Source of the DNA: an uncultured Christensenellaceae bacterium
Lineage (GTDB): Bacteria > Bacillota > Clostridia > Christensenellales > UBA3700
Direction of reading: 5' to 3'
Length of the DNA: 64,000 nt
Assembly (NCBI GenBank): GCA_944383895.1
Contig: CALWRH010000004.1
Span: forward strand, 86,404 to 150,403
The translations under genes were made by a program, and so were the position numbers. Positions 57,651 through 64,000 of the stretch are shown here, piece by piece. The notes beneath the pieces were generated by a model, which ran no database searches, was not told where the DNA came from, and saw only the letters and a program-made list of their open reading frames with translations. The number at the start of each line of letters is the position of its first letter. The first letter of the stretch is position 1.

Positions 57651-59051
57651 TTACTCCTCCTTTTTTCGTATTTTCTTGATTGCTTTTGCAATCCCTTTGA
57701 TAACGGCGCCGATGAGCTTGAACGGCAGCGTTATAAGCCAGATAACCAGCTTGATTATGTACGGCAAGACAGGAGCGCATAGGATTATGAAAAGGATTAT
57801 GATTACAAGCAAGATAATCGTGCCTGCGAGTTTCGCCCAGTCCATATCGTCAAAAGACGGCAATTCCCACTCGTTTGTGTTTTCGTTATCAGGAAGCTGT
57901 CCAGGCGCAACCGTTTGTTTGTTATCGACTACTCCGAGATTATAAACAACCCCGTCCGTCTCGAATTTTAACCGCAAAATGGTAACGTCGTTTACTTTGG
58001 TAGACTGTTCCGTAAACGAATTAGAGCCTTGAACAAACGAGTAATCGGCTTCGTAAAAGCGCAGAACCCAACTCTTATTTTCAAGATCTGCAAGTCCTTC
58101 GTCAGTCAGTTCCTCATTTTCAATAAACTCGTCAACGCTTTCTATGCGTTTCCATGTGTACTTTTTCGCAAACAGTCCGCCGCCTTCGTGTTCAACTACG
58201 GTATCGTATGTAAGCGTTAATTCGTGTTCCTCCGCATCTTCATAAGTCATAGTGTCCTCTCCGGGATCCAACTGCGCCCAATTCGGAGTACGGTGGTAAT
58301 ACCTGTAATCCTGCGTTACGAAGTAGATGTCTGCTTCGTACAAATTGTCGATAGGCAGATCCGTATCAAAAGCAACGAAATACGCAAGGCAGGACGAGGC
58401 ACACAAGTCAAATCCGTTAGAATACTTCATGTATCCAACGTATTTGTCCGTGATCTCTATCACCTGTGTTTCGATGCAAGAATAGGACACCTGTCCGTTC
58501 AGCGTAACTGCCGTAAACAGTTTTGCGACCTTGAAAGACACTTCCGATATTTCGTTCTCGTTGGTTTCAGATAATCCGGCATCAACGTCCTTGTCGTACT
58601 TACGGAAGATAGACGATATGTCATAGTACCTCAACACGTCTTCTTTGACTGTAAAGTCGCTGACTCGGTACTTACAGAATACTCCGTCTTTGCTGAGCAA
58701 TTCCAGCTTATAGTTTTTATAATACAAGCTGTCGTTGATCGCCGTAGATATATTGATAGACGTTGCCGCATAGTCTTTTACTCCGTTAGACGGTTGATAG
58801 ACGTAGACAAGAAGTTCTCCGTCTGTACTTTCGGCTATCTGCACGACTTGCAGGCTGTAATCCTTTTCGTTAGCCGGATAAAGGCTTTCGTCAAAGTTTG
58901 CATCGCTTTTCAGGTCGTCGACAGGACTGCTGTATTCAACACCTTCCAAAGTCGCCGCATACGCTGTCGCAGGAAACAAACCTGTCAACAGCGATAAGCA
59001 AACGACAAGAAGAAGTGCGAATACGACATATCTTTTGTATAAATTCGTCAT
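57651..59051 (-). CDS. Secreted protein with C-terminal membrane anchor (pIII-like topology)
   Basis: Signal peptide ending AYAA; long C-terminal hydrophobic and amphipathic basic tail. Confidence 0.7.
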   Translation of the reverse strand: MTNLYKRYVVFALLLVVCLSLLTGLFPATAYAATLEGVEYSSPVDDLKSDANFDESLYPANEKDYSLQVVQIAESTDGELLVYVYQPSNGVKDYAATSINISTAINDSLYYKNYKLELLSKDGVFCKYRVSDFTVKEDVLRYYDISSIFRKYDKDVDAGLSETNENEISEVSFKVAKLFTAVTLNGQVSYSCIETQVIEITDKYVGYMKYSNGFDLCASSCLAYFVAFDTDLPIDNLYEADIYFVTQDYRYYHRTPNWAQLDPGEDTMTYEDAEEHELTLTYDTVVEHEGGGLFAKKYTWKRIESVDEFIENEELTDEGLADLENKSWVLRFYEADYSFVQGSNSFTEQSTKVNDVTILRLKFETDGVVYNLGVVDNKQTVAPGQLPDNENTNEWELPSFDDMDWAKLAGTIILLVIIILFIILCAPVLPYIIKLVIWLITLPFKLIGAVIKGIAKAIKKIRKKEE

Positions 59052-59066
59052 ATCGCACCTCCTCGT

Positions 59067-59666
59067 TTAGAAAGTTATCGACTCTTTGTCGAGTTCTACG
59101 CCTGTGACCTTATCCGGGCAGCAGAAGTATACCGTCACGCTCGCACTTTCGTCATACGACGTAACAACCAGTGCAAACATGTTTTCATAACGATTAACAC
59201 CTGAACAATCAATTTCCGCAGTAGGATAAACCCCCTGCATGATTTCATTGAAATTTCCGAGAGGAGTCAGCGTAAAGCTGTTCTCCCCGTACTCAATATT
59301 GAATCCCGCAGTCAGATCCTTTTGCGCCTGAAAAGACTGTTTTTCTCCGTCCACCTCAAACTCGAAGTCTTCGCCTTCAACTACGTTCGGAACGACTTTT
59401 ACCTTATATCCCGTTTCACCTTCGCTGGCAAAACCGAAAACGTATTTGACGTCAACCATGAGCGGATTTTCACTGTCAACGGAATATCCGGATGCACTGG
59501 TCAAAACGTCTTTTCCGTCAATGGTGAGATAGAACGTCTTGAATCCGCTCGAAAATCCTCCCGTGAAATAAGCGACAACACCGATAACACCGGCTAAGAC
59601 CATAACGACAAGTATGTAGCTGATGACCTTGATTACCGTATTAGTCAATTTTGCATTGTTGCTCAT
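59067..59666 (-). CDS. N-terminally anchored membrane protein
   Basis: TM helix near N-terminus; ends VTGVELDKESITF. Confidence 0.7.
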   Translation of the reverse strand: MSNNAKLTNTVIKVISYILVVMVLAGVIGVVAYFTGGFSSGFKTFYLTIDGKDVLTSASGYSVDSENPLMVDVKYVFGFASEGETGYKVKVVPNVVEGEDFEFEVDGEKQSFQAQKDLTAGFNIEYGENSFTLTPLGNFNEIMQGVYPTAEIDCSGVNRYENMFALVVTSYDESASVTVYFCCPDKVTGVELDKESITF

Positions 59667-59677
59667 AGGCGTACTCC

Positions 59678-60796
59678 TTAGAACGTGATTTCGGTATCGC
59701 CGAGTGTTACACCTGTTACGGCAGTAGACGATAAAGTAACGTAAATAACTTTGGACAAGCCGCTCTTTTTCTCCGTGACTCTTATCGCATAACCGCAGAA
59801 GTCGTCGAAATCGACTCCGTCAGGTTCATAATCGGTGCTTCCGATATCGTGCAATTGCGCGCTTGTGGCGAAGAACTTACCCTTGTAAGACCAGTGTCCC
59901 AACCACTCCTGCTGGCAAGACTCGTAATAGCTTTCAAAACTTTTCAGGAAATTCACTGTGATAGTGGACCCGCTTATAGTGCACGAAATAAACGTGTTTT
60001 TAAGAGAATCTACGCTCAATGTTTTGAAAGTATCGGTATTCGTAAACTGAACACCGTCCGCAGCTGACATCGTCGCGTCGCCGACAACGATATATCCGTG
60101 TCCCGTAACGCTGGTTATTTCATAATTTGAGTACGACGAATTTACGTCATGAAAATTGTTGTCTGCCTTGACCGTAATATCGTTGTTTCCGACACCGAGC
60201 AAATACGCAGTGCCGATATCGTAACTCGCCGTAGAATAATTCGAGGAAAAACTCAACTCGGTAGGAACACCCATATATTTCACGACACAAAAAGCCTGGA
60301 ACCCGGATTCACGCGTCGTTACAATGATTTGTATGTCATACGAGAAAGCCTTCTTACAAGTAACAGTCGCAGTCGTGCTGCCATCCGATTTCGGAGTTAC
60401 CGTAACATAATCGGTTACTGTGCCCGTAGCTTCGGAATCCAGCCACTTGACTGTCCAATCGACAGCTTTATTCAAAGCCGTAGAAGGATAAACTGTCGCA
60501 TTGATGTTTACCGAAATACTGTTGCCGTCAGCCAATGCAAGCGCGTTAGAAGTGAAATTTAACACCGCCGGCATGGAATATACCGTATCTTCTTCGAGTT
60601 CGTTACCGTTTTCATCGGTAACTACGGCATAGGCAGACGTTTCGCTTTCTCCGGTATTCATGAATACGTCAAACGGCTTAATATCCGTAAACGCTTGCAA
60701 AGATACCAGTACCGTACTTATTACCAGCACAAGTACAACAGCGAACGTAACCGCCCATTTGATATTGTCATATCTTTTTTCTTTGTTGTTAGTCAT
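59678..60796 (-). CDS. N-terminally anchored protein with Big_2-like Ig domain
   Basis: NATVYPSTALNKAVDW Big_2 signature; ends VTGVTLGDTEITF. Confidence 0.72.
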   Translation of the reverse strand: MTNNKEKRYDNIKWAVTFAVVLVLVISTVLVSLQAFTDIKPFDVFMNTGESETSAYAVVTDENGNELEEDTVYSMPAVLNFTSNALALADGNSISVNINATVYPSTALNKAVDWTVKWLDSEATGTVTDYVTVTPKSDGSTTATVTCKKAFSYDIQIIVTTRESGFQAFCVVKYMGVPTELSFSSNYSTASYDIGTAYLLGVGNNDITVKADNNFHDVNSSYSNYEITSVTGHGYIVVGDATMSAADGVQFTNTDTFKTLSVDSLKNTFISCTISGSTITVNFLKSFESYYESCQQEWLGHWSYKGKFFATSAQLHDIGSTDYEPDGVDFDDFCGYAIRVTEKKSGLSKVIYVTLSSTAVTGVTLGDTEITF

Positions 60797-60953
60797 TTCT
60801 TTTACCTCTCTTTTGTTTATTTTTGTAATGATTTTCTATCTCGCCGACGATACCGAACGCTACCAGGAAACAAAGTCCGACTGCGATAACAGTCAATATA
60901 CTTGCCAAGAAAACGTTCGGATCTGTCAGCCAGAGTTCAAGCAGGGTCAGCAT
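60789..60953 (-). CDS. Small single-TM protein (54 aa) with basic C-terminus
   Basis: GAGGT RBS before ATG 60953; central hydrophobic helix; KNKQKRGKR tail. Confidence 0.65.
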   Translation of the reverse strand: MLTLLELWLTDPNVFLASILTVIAVGLCFLVAFGIVGEIENHYKNKQKRGKRND

Positions 60954-60954
60954 C

Positions 60955-61848
60955 TTATGCGACCTCGCCAGAATAGTTGATAACGACAACGTTAATAACG
61001 TCTATGTCGCAAATTACACGCGCTTCTGTACTTGAAAACACTGAATACATAAGGCGGTCGCGTACAAATTTCGTTGAGTAGAAATTGTACGACAGGAACT
61101 CAAACTCATCGCCTTCCTTCAGGTACATTTCCAGATTGTCTCCGGCATTAAGATACATCAAAGCATTTGCGTCCATGTTATTAACGGTATAGATATAGTT
61201 CTGATTGGTATCGTCCAACCCAACATACTTGCCATTGTATCTGCCGTAAATCCATGGATATCCGTATATGTTCAACGCATCGACACTGTTGCCGTCTACG
61301 GTCGCTTTTATGTATACGGGATACAAAGATGAGAGCCTGGCGGCATTTGAAGTTATTGATCCGTAATACGGAAGAACAGGATTGAATTTGCCGTTAATGA
61401 GGATGTCTCCTTCGGATGCGTCAGCATAAGAGGACACTTTAACGATATTCGGAGTCAAAAGGTAATAAAAGTTATACCCGGTGATTCCCTTAAAATTAGA
61501 ACCGCCGTCGACGGTCTCGGATTTTATCAACTCATAGTCGGCAGTCCAATAATTTATCACGCATTTTTCGTCCGTAGAAACCGTTTTTGTAGCCATAGGC
61601 ATTATATCTGCGATATGAACGCCGCACTCAGTGCAAACGCCGTATTCGAATTGATGCTCGCACTCAGACGGTTCTTCCGTGCTCGGCAGCTCGTCTTTGA
61701 TACCTGCAGACAAATCAGGCTTGGAGAGATCAATCGAAGTCTTGACCATCAATCCGATCATAGAGAATGCAAGAATACCAATCAAGACGAATACTACGAT
61801 CCACTTAATGCTGTCACTTTTCTTGTGTTGCTGAAGTTCGTTTTTCAT
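60955..61848 (-). CDS. N-terminally anchored extracellular protein
   Basis: AGGAGGT RBS; DSIKWIVVF TM; CEHQFEYGVCTECG motif. Confidence 0.7.
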   Translation of the reverse strand: MKNELQQHKKSDSIKWIVVFVLIGILAFSMIGLMVKTSIDLSKPDLSAGIKDELPSTEEPSECEHQFEYGVCTECGVHIADIMPMATKTVSTDEKCVINYWTADYELIKSETVDGGSNFKGITGYNFYYLLTPNIVKVSSYADASEGDILINGKFNPVLPYYGSITSNAARLSSLYPVYIKATVDGNSVDALNIYGYPWIYGRYNGKYVGLDDTNQNYIYTVNNMDANALMYLNAGDNLEMYLKEGDEFEFLSYNFYSTKFVRDRLMYSVFSSTEARVICDIDVINVVVINYSGEVA

Positions 61849-61862
61849 GTTTTACCTCCTTT

Positions 61863-61899
61863 GAAAAAGGCGGCAAGCACCTTCATATGCAAGCCGCCT
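61863..61899 (-). terminator. Terminator/attenuator between early and structural genes
   Basis: Minus strand AGGCGGCTTGCA...TGCTTGCCGCCT followed by TTTT. Confidence 0.55.
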
Positions 61900-61917
61900 A
61901 CGTTGTTTTATTGCGCT

Positions 61918-62274
61918 TTATCTGAGCAGCATGTCCAAAAGCGCTTTGTCGGACTTACGCGCCGGCTTGACTGCACATTCGTACACTTCGCCGTTTTCGT
62001 CCGTACTCTGTACCGCATACGTATTGCCGCTGATCGTTCTGCCGGTAACGTCGTCTTTGATTTCGTACGGCTTTACCACGAGATCCGCCGCCATAGCTTC
62101 TCCGAATACTATATCCAGCACGGCATATCCGCCGATGTCCGGGGGCATAATGCCGGCCCTCACTTCTTTACCTCTGACGGTGCCTTTGATAAAGTACGAG
62201 AAGAAAGTCTTGCCGTTCTTTTCGTAGGTGTCGCGTTCGACCACGATTCTGTTCGTTACATTATTCTTTGCCAT
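61918..62274 (-). CDS. Small beta-rich protein, putative ssDNA-binding protein
   Basis: 118 aa, beta-strand pattern, position in the rolling-circle module; function inferred. Confidence 0.55.
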   Translation of the reverse strand: MAKNNVTNRIVVERDTYEKNGKTFFSYFIKGTVRGKEVRAGIMPPDIGGYAVLDIVFGEAMAADLVVKPYEIKDDVTGRTISGNTYAVQSTDENGEVYECAVKPARKSDKALLDMLLR

Positions 62275-62279
62275 GTGTT

Positions 62280-62570
62280 TTATTCCTCCTTTTTCTTGCC
62301 CCTTGTCTGGGATATTTTCTTGGCTTCTGCCTTGCTCTTGCCCTCATCGCGGGCTTTCTTGTACTTGTAGATACCTGCGTGGTCGCTCTGACAGAGCAGA
62401 TATCCGGATCGGAGACCCGCTTCGTAATCCGTCAGTTCCTGACCCTCTTTGGGTCCGTAGGTATGCACCTTTTGCTTTCTGTCTTTCGCATAACTTTCAG
62501 CCCTCTTTTTGGGGACCATCCATTTGCGTACAGAGTAATCTTTTTTTGCCAAAGTTTTGTCCTCCTGCAT
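62280..62570 (-). CDS. Small basic hypothetical protein
   Basis: 96-aa K/R-rich ORF directly upstream of the putative SSB gene. Confidence 0.65.
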   Translation of the reverse strand: MQEDKTLAKKDYSVRKWMVPKKRAESYAKDRKQKVHTYGPKEGQELTDYEAGLRSGYLLCQSDHAGIYKYKKARDEGKSKAEAKKISQTRGKKKEE

Positions 62571-62726
62571 GTTGAATTTTTCCTGCCCGTGTTGATTGCC
62601 GATAGCACAGCTATTAAGTTGTATATCTGAACTTTTATCCGAGAACTCTCCATGCGGTTTATCGGTCTGCGGCCGCTATACACCGATATAATTTCCACCT
62701 TACACTGCAAGTCCAGATATTATTGG

Positions 62727-62969
62727 TCAGTCTACATATGTACGCACATACGTGTTGGAAGGAAGCCTTTTTCCGTCGATATGCTTTCTGTCTTTGTACA
62801 GCATCAAATACTTGCTATCCCTCAGCAACGTTCTGCGATAATATGTATCGACACTCAGTACCGCATTGTTTTCTTCAATATTTATCAGAACATAGATGTT
62901 CTGCTTGACAATGAAGTCTTTTGTGCGGTACACGTTTTCCGTAAATTTTGTTACCTCTGTTTTGCTCAT
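62727..62969 (-). CDS. Hypothetical protein
   Basis: AAGGAG RBS; 80 aa. Confidence 0.6.
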   Translation of the reverse strand: MSKTEVTKFTENVYRTKDFIVKQNIYVLINIEENNAVLSVDTYYRRTLLRDSKYLMLYKDRKHIDGKRLPSNTYVRTYVD

Positions 62970-63192
62970 TGGTTTTTTCTCCTTGTTTTTTATTATTTAT
63001 GATTTCGGCAATTTGCCTTTCATATCTCTGCATCAATGCTTCTGACACTTTGTGCATAAGTTCTTCCCTCTGTTCCGTAACTTCCTTTTCACCTGAATCC
63101 GAAAGTTTTATATAAACCGGAACGGTCACAATCTCCGAAGACTTTCCTTTTCTAAGTCCTACACACGCTATCAACTGATATTTCTCGCTCAC
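62875..63192 (-). CDS. Hypothetical protein
   Basis: AGGAGG RBS before GTG; its 3' end overlaps the next gene by 95 bp, so the end is uncertain. Confidence 0.5.
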   Translation of the reverse strand: MSEKYQLIACVGLRKGKSSEIVTVPVYIKLSDSGEKEVTEQREELMHKVSEALMQRYERQIAEIINNKKQGEKTNEQNRGNKIYGKRVPHKRLHCQAEHLCSDKY

Positions 63193-63267
63193 TTATGCCC
63201 TCCTTTTTTGTCGTGATTTTCATCAGCCCTCACTTATAAGGGAACGAAAACGGCAAAAATGGACCCC

Positions 63268-63666
63268 CTATTTCAAAAATTTTTTCATTTTCGCATAAAT
63301 TTTTCTCAATCTATTTCGTATTGCCGTTGGATCGATCTCCATTTTTTTCGCAATTTCAATTTGATTACGTCCGCAAAAGTAAACCTGATAAATCAACCAT
63401 TTTTGTTGAGGCTCCAAACTTTCTATCGCTTTATAAAACATCTCTAAATCGCTTTGCCGAATAAATAAGTCTTCTATATTACTGTTCGGATCTTCAGCTT
63501 GATACCCTGATTCAATCATTGCGTCCAATGAGCTTTCCTTGTGTTTCTTATTGCGCCAATGCTGATGTTTAGATTCTGCTTGCATTTCTTCAAATTGCAT
63601 TGCAAATTCTTCTGTTACTTCAATGTCGATTTGCTTACCGTTGACCTCGTATTTTATAATTTTCAT
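63268..63666 (-). CDS. Sigma-70 region 4 HTH protein typical of Bacillota mobile elements
   Basis: LEPQQKWLIYQVYFCGRNQIEIAKKMEIDPTAIRNRLRKIYAKMKKFL. Confidence 0.85.
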   Translation of the reverse strand: MKIIKYEVNGKQIDIEVTEEFAMQFEEMQAESKHQHWRNKKHKESSLDAMIESGYQAEDPNSNIEDLFIRQSDLEMFYKAIESLEPQQKWLIYQVYFCGRNQIEIAKKMEIDPTAIRNRLRKIYAKMKKFLK

Positions 63667-64000
63667 ATAATTTCCTTTCCCCTAAGCTCAATGGGGGCGA
63701 GCGATTTTTCATAAATCGCTGTCGGAAATCTCTGATAGAAAAAATCCCGACAGCAGCGAACCGAATCACTGCTATCGGGAATGAAAAGTCTTTCGGGCAT
63801 AAAAAAAGACCCGGCAACAGACTAATCACAATAATGTGATCGGTTCTATTGCCAGGGCTCTTAGTGGTTCTCTTTCAACCTAACGGTCTGCCAGGTCCAG
63901 CCTCTCTTTTGTTACATAACGTAACTGCGACAATTTTTGTAACGGGTAGTACCTCTTAACGGTTCGCTTCGATACTTACTGTATGCCGAGTACAGGTTTT

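Larger units (their letters stand above)
32596..64000. mobile_element. Integrated mosaic element next to tRNA-Ser (continues beyond window)
   Basis: Abrupt shift to AT-rich blocks; defence, anti-defence, RiPP and rolling-circle genes; no integrase or attR visible, so the left boundary is approximate. Confidence 0.8.

Noticed and set aside
54368-64000. Tailed prophage or Tn916-type ICE
   Set aside because: No terminase, capsid, tail, VirB4, MOBT relaxase or cell-wall hydrolase is recognisable within the window

Overview
Chromosomal segment of a spore-forming Clostridia-like (Bacillota) bacterium. The left half (1-32557) is mostly core: a 3091-aa MBG-repeat surface protein, a GH36/AraC/MFS sugar unit, two degenerate Fe-ADH paralogs, queH, a DEAD-box helicase, veg, sporulation genes (SPOCS-LysM, spoIIR, sleB, ypeB) and ispE. 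It ends in tRNA-Ser(TGA), which is preceded by two ~223-bp tandem repeats built from tRNA-Ser pieces interrupted by hairpin inserts. A mosaic island follows the tRNA and runs past the window end. It carries a HEPN-motif gene, a Frpo-like ssDNA-promoter hairpin in front of an anti-defence-type operon (AcrIIA9/PcfK-like, PcfJ), and a defence operon (two C5 MTases, a type IIG/ISP-like enzyme with NPPC, an RloC-like ATPase/HEPN protein). Next is a 7.3-kb cargo bracketed by 32-bp direct repeats of a rolling-circle nick site. The cargo holds an M18 aminopeptidase, three radical SAM/SPASM genes each paired with a different Cys/Asp-rich precursor peptide (two absent from the ORF track), and a deleted rSAM pseudogene. 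The right end is an inovirus-like module: HUH Rep, Zot/pI-like ATPase, membrane/Ig-like proteins, putative SSB and a sigma-like HTH. All calls rest on motif recognition by eye; no searches were run.
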